DNA of 64,000 nucleotides, from assembly GCA_037447605.1 (NCBI GenBank), contig CM074813.1, forward strand, positions 3,038,001-3,102,000. The letters are read 5' to 3'. Numbering within the stretch: the stretch's first letter is position 1; each line of letters opens with the position of its first letter. This DNA is from Zygnema circumcarinatum SAG 698-1b (lineage: Eukaryota; Plantae; Zygnematophyceae). This document shows positions 49,101 through 62,238 of the stretch, one piece after another. The translations under genes and the position numbers were made by a program. Under the pieces are notes generated by a model that saw nothing but the letters and a program-made list of their open reading frames with translations, was not told where the DNA came from and did no database searches.

Positions 49101-51145
49101 TCGCGTTTTTGCCTTTCCATGGGAAATGATACTTCTCTTTTGAATAACCGTGGAGCTCTCCATTTTATGCACTTTAAACTAATGGTACGAAGTGGCAATG
49201 ACAGGAAGAGGTCCAAACTATCAGGACGTTTGTACAGAATGGCATTCTTATTTCTAACATCTTTATGGAGAGAAAGTCAAGCTTTAGCGGTGGCAAGTAG
49301 TATAGCAAGGATTTATCTGGAACTTATAAGCTGGAAAAAAAACCTTTGGACCGTGCCTTTGCAGTGTTTGCAGCTGTATGCCAGACTTTGCGATCTGCAG
49401 ATTGCGGGCTCCTTTGCTCATCAGGAGCAGATTGGGAGGAAGGAAATGAGAATCCAATAACGTGTTTCTACCTTCTTCTGCCTGCTGATGGCTCCCTCTT
49501 GATGAAGGTATCGCTCTTGGGATACTTCCTTCCTTTGGACACCAAACGAATTTTTTCGAGTGTCTTCACTACCCCAGTTGTCCATCATCTACCTCTCGCT
49601 CTCCAGCTCTCTCTTTGTGCTCACACATATCCCCGTCCCTTCCCCCCACCCCCCTCCGTTCCCTCTCTCTTCAAATGAAAGAAGGCCAATTGTGAAGGCA
49701 GTTTCTGTTGAGGCTTGTCTCTTGCATTTGTACCTTTTTATGTGGCTGTCTGCACCCTCACAGTCAAGGCGCTTCTTGAAAATTTCGACAGAAGATCGTA
49801 GCTGCGGAGGAGCTGTTGCCTATCTCACGAGGCTGCAAGGAGGTCGTTGTATCCAGAAATGTCAAGGAGGCTGTAGAATCTGCTCTCTCAAAGGTCAGAG
49901 GAACATTCGTCAAGTAAACCTCTTTTTACCGCACCTTTTGTCTCCATGAGGTGATCCAACGTCTATAAATTCTAGCTTGGAATGCTTAACGAAGACTGGG
50001 CAATGCCTCTCAGGAACACCTTGTACTTTGTAGCTTTGTCACTCTCTATTAGTTCTTCTCAGTCCTCGTCAGAAGCCCGGCAAACTGTTGCGACTCAGAA
50101 TTTGCCCTACCTGAGCAAACATGTATGGATGACGCCCCATTGCAGATGGAGTTTGACGATTATAACCCTCTTCATTATGACACAGGATGTCATTCAAGGG
50201 TGTCTTGGCTAGTGAAGGAGAGTTTACAAGTGAGGTAGTAATCGCGATTCCTGCCCTGAATCTTGATGGACTCAACACGTCAACCTTCTGACGAACGGTA
50301 TTCGTTGGGATTTCATTTACATATGTATATTTTCCTTCCAGAAATATCTTACTTTCCTATGTTTAACTGCTGCTGCCTATTGCAGAATGAAATCGACAAC
50401 AGAAGCTGTCAGGCGGTATGGACGAAATCTTCATAAAAGCATTAACGTTTCTGAGCTTCCTGAGTTTTCTCCTGCTTCTGCGGTTCCTGGTGGCTATCCA
50501 TTTACACCGCCGCCAACAGCAAACCCACACCTGCCTCATGAAAATGAGCCAACACCTTATGGACCGGATGACTTGGCATCTACCCATGCACAAAAAATGG
50601 GACGCGATTTACCATATTCGGAGGCAAAACAAAGTGAAGTTCCGAGCTTCCCTCCACGGTATCCGCTATCACGACATCGCGTACTGCCGAGTGTACCAAG
50701 CCAGCATACTCAGACTCTTAACAATTCGAACGGCTTTTCACCGGGAGCTGCTGCACATTATGCTCCTCGGCAACAGCATATGGCGCAGGATGTGAGAGCG
50801 CAGCAGCGCCCCAGAAACAGTGGAGAAGGTGCCGCGTACTTTAATAGAGAAGGAGGAACCCCTTCAAGACCCGCCCCGCTTCCGGTGGAGTTCCGCTCTG
50901 CGAGTGCTGTTCTCGACGGAAGGAGTCAAGATAAGTTCCCCGACAAATCGCTCTCTTCGTCAGGTCTCCGCCCTCTCCCAGCCTCTAGTCAGAAGTCTTC
51001 CTCGAGGAAGAGGAGCATCGCCCTTCACAGTAGCCGCCCCGGGGCTGCAGATGCGGGCAAAGCACCAAAACATCATGCTACCATGCAGGGCAACCTAACA
51101 ATTGCTCAAAGACGAGCTCTGTTAGAGTCCAATGCAAAGGGATAG
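46131..51145 (+). CDS. Conserved uncharacterised plant protein resembling meiosis 1 arrest protein (M1AP)
   Basis: About 12 GT-AG exons splice in frame: MNAYFVLDCSL.. | GLARLGNLLAL.. | ..RFNLREFHQAL.. | ..DPWLLDQLVKGWFQE.. | TCRCHGAPL..CPVTG..TILYLPSF..IKVLSKVSLTSLSE | DLLFGLPHVLTP | VFAAVCQTL..CFYLLLPADGSLLMK | KIVAAEELLP..VESALSK | MEFDDYNPLHYD, then a disordered last exon (50386-51145). Confidence 0.78.
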
Positions 51146-52272
51146 AAGGCTTGCCACTCTTCATTGGGGAATTGTCGCTTCCATCTCTGCTAAGGTTCTT
51201 GTTTGTGACCGAATTAAGTAGTGGTGGTAGTAGTGCTCTTATTGTACGGTTAAGACACACTTATGATTAATAAGCTCATCAGCTCATGCCCTTCATCGTC
51301 GGCAGCCATGAAGATACTGTAGGCGCGTCGCACTTTAGTATCGCTACTCCACTATCGCATGTCCATCTTGTGTGCGCTGTTGTGCAAAATGCTTGCACCC
51401 ATTAGTGAGTATGAGCACAGCGAAGGGCAGATGATGTTGATGATTGGTTACTTGCCTAAACGAATATTGTTGGGGGGATCATAAGTCATTGCTCCATCAT
51501 GAAGGCAGTGCAGAAATGTGATCTCTTGTCTGGAATGCAAAATGGGCGTCGCCTCTAGTCTTTAGACGTCCAATCACTAATGACTCGGCTCAAGTCCGCT
51601 TGGCTCATGTGTCACGAACTCAGTGCGATGGTGATTGGACGGATCAGATGTGTGTGCTGGATGGATGGCTCATGTCATCGTATGCTCGTTGTTTTTTGGG
51701 ATAGAGTACCGTAACCTGAAAGATGAAAAAGATGAAAAATGAAAAATGAAAAAGAAAAGAAAAAAAGATGAAAAAGAAAAGAAAAATGAAAAGATGTGGC
51801 GTTGATCAAGCTACGGTGTTTTATGGTATACGTTATAAGAAGCTTTATCGATATTGCCTGTGATATCAATGGGATTTAGGGTACTGTAGTCTTTAAGCTT
51901 TGGGGAAAGATGTTGCGTTGATCTCACGATGGCGATGCCATAAAATGTACATGCGAAAAACCGGGAACAAAGGACCTAAGGACAATAGAAATTCGCTCAA
52001 CGGACTCTTCAGACACGTCACCGCCTCTTTGAAACGCGTCTCATCCAAACAACAAGAGAGGCCATGTTCGTCAATCTCCTCTCTCAATCTCTCTGTTCTC
52101 TCTCTCTCTCGCTCCCTCTCTTTCTGTATGTGTCTCCCACATTCCCCCTCCTCTCTTTCCCCCTGCCTCCCACTTTCTCTCTACGTCCCTAGCACCCCAG
52201 ACCTTTCAACATAGTGTACAACCCTAAGGGAATTGCACAGCCTGACTATACTTGCATGCTCCTTGAATCTAA

Positions 52273-55200
52273 TCATGGAATCGCTGCTTCATAACTTGGA
52301 AGCGGTTGCGACTCCTTCGAAGAAGCGCCACGTGGCAAACTTTTGCGCAGAGCGTTTCCTTTGTTGTCATCGAGGTCACTCATGTAAGGGCTCTTCTGCT
52401 GTTTCCCCCAATTCCCAAGAGTGATGGCTCGGAGGAAAAACCGTAGGAACTGACTGATGGGATCCTGGAGGCCTTCCGCTTGGTAGTGCCCAAACCGCCA
52501 ATCTCTCTGAATCAGAGGCCTCTCTATGGGCACATCCAGCCCTCCTGAGAAAGGACATAGAGCGCATAAAGCCGCATTAGTATTGTGATTTCTCCCTCCC
52601 TCTCTCCCTCCTTCCCCTCCCCTGCTCCTCGCGTCTGATTGCTTCTTTCTTCTCCCCAAACCACCTTCCCCCCTTTTTTTCCATGCATTCTTTTAGTGCA
52701 TTCCTCGCCTATTCCCTCCGGCCTTCGCCCACCCTCATCCCCTCACCAACTTCCTCTCCACCTTCCCTTCCCTTTTTCTCAAATCGATAAAGAGCATTGA
52801 CGCTCAGCAGTAGTTCAGAAGGTAAATCTATTTTAGATTTTGCAGGACAGCGAGTTTCTTCGATTTCTTGAGAAAAATGAACTGAAGAGTGGTCGTCTGT
52901 TACGTACCGGCATACATCAAACCGTTTGACTCCACTTGGCGAAAAAACGGCCTTTTCTTCCCTGCAGCCGCTGCCTCCTGCAGACTGTTCCATGCCTCAT
53001 CGCGCTGTTGCCGTGTGACTTTCCCCGTCTTTGAGACCTAAGAACATCACCTCCATCAATCCATGAAATGAGTTACAGATTCCAAGTACAGCGAAACTGG
53101 GAACTTCAAATCAGGTACTCACGTTTCGATACTACTCTGTGGCCCTATCTGTTACACCAAGGAAGCGAGCATTGTCCGTCGCACAAAATCCCTCTCCCTC
53201 CCTTCCCACCACCATCCCTTCCGTCCACCCTCCCCTCCTTGCGCCCCTCTCTCCCTTCAATGAATCCCTTTCGCACCCGCTGCTTCCATCTCTTAAAGGT
53301 GGCCTACCTCTGCATACAGGTAGAAGGAGGGCCGCTTTGTTCTCTTTAGGTTGTTCGCCCTATCCACATGTACGAGTCCGAACTTGGGGCCATATCCGTC
53401 AGCCCACTCCCAATTATCTGATGTCGTCCAGTGGAGATATCCGCGTACAGGGACCCCCTATCATCCCAATCCACGATATCCTTTCTTTATTATACTTCAT
53501 GCCGCATAAAAATTTCGGTTTTTTACTCATGTTTACATGAATTTGAAGGGTTCAGTCTTTGAGGATTCAGAATTTAGGGTTGACGATGAGGGGCACTAAG
53601 CTCTTTGAACCACTTTTTAACATTATAAGAAGCTTATAGTGAATCCTGATGCAGTGCATACCTGATTCATGGCAGCTCGTATTGCCAACAAATGCTCGAG
53701 AAGATAAGGTCGTCGGATGTAGTCAGTTCCGTCAGCAATTCCGTTCTCCGTTACGTAGAACGGAACATTCAAATTCTTCTGAACGTTGTACCTCTCATGG
53801 AACATTAGCAAAGAGCGGTAAAGCCCGTCTGGGAGTACCCCTCTTCCTGAGTCGCTGTACTCTTCATTTGGGACAAGCTTCAGTCCAGGTCCGGATGCAA
53901 ATTCCTGGAAGAAAAGGAAGGCAGAGGTTTAAAATTCGAGGGAAGATACTTGAACTTTTTAGAATTTGAAAAAGCTAAAGGCGAGGGGATGGCAGAGAGC
54001 GACTTAGCGAGAAAGGTATGGAGAAGGACAGAATGTTCCATCACCACACTCACTTGACCATAGTAATTTATGCCGATATAGTCACACTTTTCGCAGACAT
54101 CATCCACATATGCAAAGCGTGTGAGTAAAGTGCTGAGAACGGCAATTGGAGTATCGAAAAGTCCGTACGGCCTCATCCAGGAAACGTGGTGGGAGACTCC
54201 CACTATTGTCCTGCGCTGTGCCTTATCTCTGTTTCCACAACTCCCAATCCTTGTCTCAACATTTTCTGATTCAAAGATTCAGTTTTCTTAAGCTATCCTC
54301 AAAAATTTGGAAGTGCGATTCCTCCCTTCTGACTCTCAATCAATCCCTTCACATCCAGAGTCAGCACTGTACTTAAGTGTGAGGCTCGGGGCGTAGATGA
54401 GAAGGAGGGGGGGAGATGGGAAGGAGGAGGTAAGTTTATTATGGTTTCGGGTCCTTGTCCTTACCCTTCTTCATGCAGCATGTCGTAGCACAAGTTGTGA
54501 GCGGTAGCCATGGCTCCCATCACTCTCTCAAACACTCCCTTAGGGAGAGCGGAGGCAGCACTCTCCAGCAAATTAGGGTTTGCTCCGGGCCACGCCCCCG
54601 CACAGTAAGTCAACATGGCGAAAACATGCGGCTCATTGAATGTGACCCAAAATTTCACAATGTCTCCATATTGTGATGCAACCAATCTGCACATTCCGAA
54701 GGTTTTTGGTAAAATAAGTGATATTGACCATGACCTTTGGTTCGGATATGGTTGGAAAACGTTGCTCCCTCGATTTCTTAAGCAGAAAACTGAAGGACTG
54801 TCAAATCCTTGATACCCTAAAGATTTTATACAACCTACCAGTCGTAGAAACCTAAACATTCCAAATGACGTCAAAACGACTGAAAGTATAAAGAATGCCC
54901 TATGATGCCTTCTGAGAATTGCAAACTTCGAGAGTGGGAGGGGTGTACTGTACCGAGAAAAGTCAAGGAAGTAGTCGATTGTTTTTTCCTCCTTCCATCC
55001 TCCATATTCTGCTGCCCATTTTGGGAGAGAGTGATGGAATAGCGAGAGCATTATCTCCATGTTGTGTGCTCTCACTCTCTCTAAAATCCAGCGATAGTGC
55101 TTGACCGCATCCCAATCTACCTGCAATATTCCAAAAGTGAAAACATCAAGTTACGGTGCTTGAAAAAAGTGGTGTCAACAATAAGCAGAGTTAAATGAAT

Positions 55201-57489
55201 TTTGGCTTGTAAGGTAGACGACAGAGGATGTGGGAGGAACAGCGAGAGCAGAGGGATGGAGAAGAGCTAATATATAGTAGACACAGGGAGCGACGGAGAG
55301 TGAGGGGAGAAAGGAGGAAGCGGAGGAGAGATGGAGAAGACTGTACCACATCAGACATTCCATTGATAGGTTCGGAGCGGACTATTCTCCCCCAATCGAT
55401 TCCGAGCCGGAAGACGCTCTGATTGGCCTCCTGTGCCAGCTGGAGCTCCGTGTCTGGCTCCGACCAAAACTTCAATCGCATGTCACTGCAAAGAACGCAA
55501 AGAAAAAGGGAATGTTTCTGAGTGTACATCCATTTTTTACATTGATAGTCGCTTCATGCATGCAGCGAGTATTTTTAGGACATGTGGGGATTTAGTATCG
55601 CGTGTTCACAGACATTCGTGTTTGAAAGAAAAAAAGGGATATTTTATGCTGCATTTCTTACTTAAACCATGTAGTCAAAATGAATTTTACAGCTTTTGGG
55701 GTATAATCAAATGCCAAGCATCAGAAATAACATCAAAACGTACGGGCATGGGACGTTATGGAATGCTGCCACATTCGGATTGTAATCATCGTCGTCGTCC
55801 TCTTCCTCCTCCTTTTCTTCGCGCTTCTCCCTCTCTTTCTTCAACCTCGCTTTCCTCTCTTTCTCTCTCCGTCTCTCTTTCTCCTCCGGTGAACCTCCTA
55901 CCGCATTACTTACAGTCCTCCATAGCCTCCTTGCTTGCTTTGTTGGATCCAGATTCTGGAGCTTATCAACATATGTCATTAATGGGTCCTGCGTCGTCCG
56001 TTTAGATTTTTGCCTCACAAGCTTCTTCTTCTCTCCCAGAAGCGGAGTTTTGCTCCCCTCATTCCCAACTTCCTTTCCTTGGTTTATCCCGTCTGTCAAC
56101 CCTAACGGAACAGTCTTCTTCAAACCTTTCCCCACAATCTCCCAATCTCCTCCTCCTCCTCCCTCTCCCTCTCCTATCCCTCCGTTCCCTTCCTCTAGTC
56201 GACTCACCAATACTCCGCTCTCAGCAAGGCTTGATTTCGACTCACTGGCTTGTCCTGACTCTATGAACTCTCCGCTTCCTTCCGACCTCCTCTCATCACC
56301 ATCCTCCGCCCCGAGTGTCGATGTCTTGGTGGACCTCTCCTTCTCCGGATCCACCTCACTTGATCCGACGCCTCTCACTGTGACCTCCTTGTCCTCTCTC
56401 ACAGCCGCTGCAGCGCTTGCCTCGCCCTCTCCGGCTGTTCCGTAGGGAGGATATTTGTGCTCTGGCCTCATCACTTTGGGCTTCGTTTCTTTTGCGAATT
56501 CCAGCCAGGCATCGTCGAGCTCATCTTCAACATGGGCAGGGGCAGTTGCAAGTCCGAAAAAGAAGCCTCCGTCATCCACTGCATTTCCGGAAGAACAAAA
56601 AGCGAAAAAGGACAAAAGGCAGAGGTGGGGGAAAGGGTGGGCGCAGGGGGATAGGGGGACAGTCAGGGTCTCTGGGGTAGGAGCTGTTCCTATGTAAACT
56701 GCTGACGAAGTAAAACGGCGAAAAACGAAAATAGAAAAAACGCCTTGAAGATAGAAGAAGTATGATGTTATGCGAGCAGGATACTCTGTGCATCATCGAC
56801 TCGCTATGTGTGCAACATCCATACATCATGCATGCAATGACACTAACATCATCATCTGACTTGCACTTGCGCCTCGTCAGCGCATCGCAACATCATCCGA
56901 ACAGCAGTCGACTTATGATGCAGCCACCATCGCAAGATGTATAGTATACGAAAACGAGCACTTTAAAGCTGGTTTACAAAAGTTAATTTTAGGAAAAAAT
57001 AATGATAGTAACATATATGTACAAATAGGTTCTAAGATTTTATTAATGACAGCCGTTTGTGATTCCCAAGAAAGTTGCAGTCGCAGAAACCCAAACTGTT
57101 CGCTGAATGAAAAGAAACCTGCTCAACTTCCTCTAAGAATCTGAATGCAGGAAATATTAACCCTAAAATTTATCACCAACAAACTTTCATCACATAGCTC
57201 AAAAAAAGGATAAATTTCAAAAAAGTAACAACAGAGACGAGGATAAAATGTAGCCATTCGGCTTCCCTTTATCATGCAGGATGTTATGGAAAATAAGGCC
57301 ATGGGCCCCACCGTCTTTGTGGATGTCAAATGTCGCGAGGACCTCCTGCGTCTCATCGATCGGGTTGTCAAAATGTTCAAGATGGTCGTGTGCGTAGTTT
57401 CTGTAAAACACTCCGTTGACTACCACGGAGAGGAGACCCGCCACGCCGATAACCTTTCCAGTATTCACCACAATGCTGACAACCGTCAT
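52273..57489 (-). CDS. SFR2: Galactolipid:galactolipid galactosyltransferase SENSITIVE TO FREEZING 2 (GH1 family)
   Basis: Hydrophobic N-terminus with NPIDETQEVLATF, then FFFGLATAPAHVEDELDDAWLEFAKE, RLKFWSEPDTELQLA..VFRLGIDWGRI, LFHHSLPKWA.EYGGW, catalytic TFNEP and VTENG motifs, DNWEWADGYGPKFGL, and C-terminal RDWRFGHYQAEGLQDP. Confidence 0.95.
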
Positions 57490-57847
57490 CTCTCCACGCG
57501 CATACGATTACCTACCTCTCCTTCTCCCACTCCCTCTCTCTGTCTCTCGCCCTCTCCCTCTCTCCTCCTCCCTCACCTCTCTCCACTCTTTCCCTCCTCT
57601 CACTTTCTCCCTCTCCTCCCTCCCCTCTCCCTCTCCCCTCTCCCCTCTCCCTCTCCCTCTCCCTCTCCCTCTCCCACTCCCTCTTCCCTTTCCCTCTCTC
57701 TCTCTCTGGCTCACAGCTGTCGGCCTCGTCCCCTGCTCCGCAACAAACAGAGCGCGAAAGGCGTTCCTTGTCCGTGCGCCGTCGCTGTTTGTTTCTCGAC
57801 GAATCGTTGTCGAGGCTCACACGCGCGAATGTTTCATTTCTCCAAAT

Positions 57848-57993
57848 GCCGACACGTGGTGCATGTCGACGCTTGCCGGAAACACGTGGCAGACTGCCGG
57901 GGCCCTATCCGAGTCAGCTTTGGTCCAATGGGACACGTGGTGGCCGACGAGGGGATTGCGTTCACGGCATTCACGGAATAAGCGACACGTGGA
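57848..57993. promoter_or_regulatory. Cluster of four ACACGTGG (G-box/ABRE-like) and two GCCGAC (DRE/CRT core) motifs upstream of SFR2
   Basis: ACACGTGG at 57852, 57882, 57933 and 57985; GCCGAC at 57848 and 57943. Confidence 0.55.
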
Positions 57994-58916
57994 ACTGAAT
58001 ACAGCCGCTACATCCTACATGGCACTATAAGCTGTTTCACGGTCATCGAACTGAACCTGTAACAGGCCACCTACCGCATAGACATGGAGTCTTGCGCGCG
58101 TTGCAGCGGCTGAGGAGAGGTCATTTCTTTCATTTTTCTGCGCAGGCGAAAGTGGGGATCGATATTGCAGGTATAGTTTGGAAGACCATTGTTTTGAAGA
58201 AAACATGAAATTTCTTATATAAAAAGCAGTAGAAATAGCCGAAATGGTTTGTAGTATACGAATGTAAGGATTAACTTATGAAGAGACAGAGAGTGAGGGC
58301 AGGAAGCATAGTTGGCAAAAGTAACAAGAATCACAGAATCGCAGGAAGGGTGTGGAAAGCATCTGCAGAGAATCTCTTGTGTGGGGTTGAATTTTCATCC
58401 AGTTAGGAACGATTGGGGATCATGGCAATGCATGATGAATGAATGGTGGATGATCCATGATGCATGCATGGTGATGCATGAGCGCATGCCTGTGACATAT
58501 GTGAAAATTGCGCACACGTATGAAACCCAGGTGATGATGATTTTACTCTGTCGATGATGGTGGTGCAAACATCATGCTAAGGCGTCATCATGGAAGGCCT
58601 GATGATGGCAATGGTGGAGGAAGTAGGAATTGAACTCCTAACCGGACTTAAAGGTCTCAAGATTTAAGTTATTTTCGGGACTAAAATATTTGTAAGGGGG
58701 GTTCCTCGTGATTTGAAAATACAGAAAGGAGACTCAAATAGAGCAGAGAGAAGTGAAGTGGTACGGCGAAGAAAAGAATTCCTTAGAAAGTGTTAGAGAG
58801 AGAAGGAGAGAGAAGAATGTGACGGTATGGATGAGAAAGCAACAAAAACTCTATGCTGAAGTCAAACCAAAAAATATCCTTCTATGTCGATTCTGCGAGC
58901 TTGAGTTGCAGGCATT

Positions 58917-61900
58917 ATGGCGGAGACGAAAGATTTGCCTACCAAAAAAGCACCGAAGAATAAGAATGATTCTTTGCAATTCATCCTTGCGGTTTCCATC
59001 CCGTTGGCAATTGTGTCCTGCGCGACAGCCATCTTTTGGTATGCAGAGATGACGAGGGATCCGGCGAAGGACCCGACAACTCCTCTGAAAAGAGAAGGCC
59101 TTTTCAAGATTGATGAAGCTTCAATCACAGGTACGAGGACATTTCTCAACTTCTGTCTTTTACGAACTATCGTGTTTTTCCTGTTCGAAACCCGCCCGCT
59201 TGTGCTCATCCATCGCCAGTTCTTGTTTTACTTTTGTACCTGGGCTTCTATTTGTTTACTTAGCGTATTCTTTTGATTCTCTGCTGTCCCTGCGTTATCC
59301 CACAGGGCTAGAGTACGAATTTACCGCAGGTCGTCTCACGTCTCGGAAGCTCGTGAAGCATTATTTGGATCGTATGGAGACCCTCCAACGTCACTTGGCT
59401 TTGGAGATAGTGATAAACCCTGACATTTGGAGTGAAGCTTATAAGAAGGACGAGGAAAGGAAAGCAACAGGCAGTTCTATTGGGGGATTCTATGGAATCC
59501 CTGTTCTGTTAACAGAGAATATGGCGACAAAGGACCAAATGAATACAACACCAGCCTTTTCAATTTCAGTTCCGGCTTCAGTGGTAGACGTTTTCAAATC
59601 TTCGGCTCGGAAAGATGCAACACTTGTGGAAAAGCTGCGGAGGTCGGGAGCCATAATCTTTGGAAAGGCAGCCGCTAGGGAGAGGACGCATGTACAGGAC
59701 GATAGAAGAGATAGAGCTTTCATGAAGGTGGCTTTTACAAACTCGAATCAAACTCAGATGAGATGGGGATATCTAACATCGTTATTTCATGCAAAAAATG
59801 CTTTCCTTATTTTTTTTAGTGTGAGTTTGTGGCGCTTTTCTCCCTCGCACCCTTCACTTCTCCCCATGAACCCCCCCCCACCCCCCCCCCCACCCTTCTC
59901 CTCCCTCATCCGTTGCCCCCTCTCATCTCCGGCCTCCCCCCACTTTCCCACCTTCGTTGCACAGAACAGAGCTCAGCAGCGACAACCGCCATGGCTGTCT
60001 CCGCTGACATAGTCCCTCTGGCCCTTCTCTGCGACTCAGAAGCAGCTCTCCTCTCTGCCGCAGGAGCTGCTCTAGTAGTGGGCCTGAGATCCACTTTCCA
60101 TCCGGAACTGTTGGGGGACGCTATAGGGTAATCGCATACTTTATATCGTACTTCTGGAGGTTCTGCTCTAATCGTCATCTTGCGTAGTAGTCCTTCCATT
60201 TTTTGAGCCTGTCCCTTACCATACTTCCTTCTGATTTTGTTTGCTGACAAGTTGGAAACCGCGGCCTGAGACGTTCCTCGTGACAATTTTCAGAGTAATC
60301 GCAAAGTCTGTTGAAGATGCGGTACTGCTACTTGACACCGTCGCAGTTTCAAAGCCTGGAAGTGGGAATCCATGCGCTCAACAGATACCTTCTAACGGTT
60401 ATGCTGAGGTAATGTATGGGTAAAACCAGCTAAAAAAAATTCCCATTCTGATCCCACTTTCCCTTTTCGTCTGACATTCAATTTATTCTAAGTTTGATTT
60501 GGAGATGCAGTTTCTTAGAGCGGGAGGGGCCAATGGAAAGCGTGTTGGAGTGATTCGAGGAAAGCTTTTGAGCCTTTTCAACTCAAGTTTGGAGATGATG
60601 GAACTCGAAAATCATATCGATACCCTCAGGTGAAAGCACGGGTATCGATCTGGATACTGAGATGGGAAACTAGCTAAGTGAATTGAAAGGGGAGGTAAAG
60701 TGAGTAAGAGAGAACGGGAGAGTGAGAGAATGGGAAACGAGAGAAACTGGGAGGGAAAACTTTAGAGGTCGGAAACATAGAGAGAAACGAGGACGAGGAA
60801 TAAACGAAAGGTAGACGTGCTCTTGTGTGCCGGATAGATTTGGGAGTAGAGCTGGTTTTAGGCTATTGGCTTATGAACCATGATGGCGGGACTGGTTCAT
60901 CTGTAGGAGCCTTGGAGCCACTCCGGTTGACCCTGAAGAGATGGAGCAATTATTGGAGCGAGTTTTCAACGATCAAAAGTTGAAGGAGGTGAAGTCGGCA
61001 GACGACGTTGTTCTGTTGTGCGAATTGAAGTCGAGGTTTGAGAAAAGTTTGGAAGAGTTGGAAGTCAGCCCTGCTGGTCGGACTCTTAAAGAAGTGGTGG
61101 AATGGCTGCGAAAGTGGGAGGATGAACGAGGCATGGTACAGGAGGGGGAAGGACAGGTCTTGGACGCGGCTAACAAAGCAAGCGTAGAGGTGAGCTGGTG
61201 AGAACCACATTCAATAGGGCTCTCTTGCATTGTCTCTCCCCGATCTTTCCTCTTCACGCTTTCTCCCCTTCAAGATTCATGCTCCCCTTCTCCCCACCTC
61301 CTCCCCCACCCTTTCCCCCTCCCCTCCCCCTCCCTCACTCCCACTCCCGCCTCCCCCCCTCCCTCCTTGCTCCACTCTTCCCCACCTCCCCACTCCCCAT
61401 TCTCCCTCCCCCCCTTCCACTCGCCTTCCCCCTCTTTTTCCATCCCTCACTCCCTCCCTCTCCCCCTTTTTACCTCCAATTCGCCTATGCCTGCTCCCTC
61501 TCCCCACTTTCGCGACCAATATGTCCATAACTTGTGCCAGCCTCTCCCATGCCCTTCCTTTGTTATTTATACGCTCAGGATGAGCCCTACAAAATGGCAA
61601 AGAAGCTTTTGGCAGAATACGTCGTGGACATCAGCTACATATTCGAAGCCCACAAGCTTGATGTACTGATGGGGCCTGCATCATCAGGTCTTTCCCAAGT
61701 CGCCAAAATTGGAGGCTTTCCAGGTAACCTTTTGGGCCCTTTACTGCTTACGCTCATAAGATGAAGCCTGGAGCGCTCTCGTAATCGGATCGAGCGAGAG
61801 GGTTTTAAGGAATTGGAGCTCTATATTTCGCATGACTGTCTCTATCAAAGCCGGAGTCGCCCGTCTGTCTTTGCTTTCTGCTGACAACTTCAGTACTGTT

Positions 61901-62238
61901 CCAGATGCAGACAGCCAATTTTACACAGAAATATACTCTCATGTTGGATCATCATTTATCCTGTACTTCCAGGTGTAACAATACCGGGCGGATTTCTTAC
62001 CAGCCATGACATTCCTAGCTCCAAAGGCATGCCTTATGGCATCACATTCATCGGCCTACCATGTTCCGAAGCATCCCTCATACAAATAGGGTACGCTTTT
62101 GAGCAGGCGACCATGCTAAGGGAGGCATTGTCATTTGACACCCTCCAGAACAACGCCGGTTTCCATGTTCCACTTTCCGTTGCGCATGACAGCCGCAAAG
62201 ATCACGGTCTGACTGACACGGAAACGCAAGAGCTTTGA
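58917..62238 (+). CDS. Amidase-signature family protein with N-terminal membrane anchor; catalytic residues substituted
   Basis: Eight in-frame exons: F.IDEASI..L...F..G.LTSRKLV.HYLDR, INPD, GIPVLLTEN.ATKDQMNTT, DATLVEKLRRSGAIIFGKA, SVEDAVLLLD, AKIGGFPGVTIPGG and MPYGITFIGLPCSEASLIQIGYAFEQATMLR. This resembles the plant At4g34880-type amidase scaffold as recalled. Confidence 0.85.

Noticed and set aside
58531-58602. Possible C/D-box snoRNA (GTGATGA...CTGA)
   Set aside because: It lies in an ATG/GAT-rich low-complexity stretch with no terminal stem and no identifiable guide.
58611-58680. Minus-strand tRNA-like 3' half (..TAGGAGTTCAATTCCTACTTCCTCCACCA)
   Set aside because: It has a T-arm and CCA-like end, but no complementary 5' acceptor strand or D-arm/A-box upstream. 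At most a fragment.
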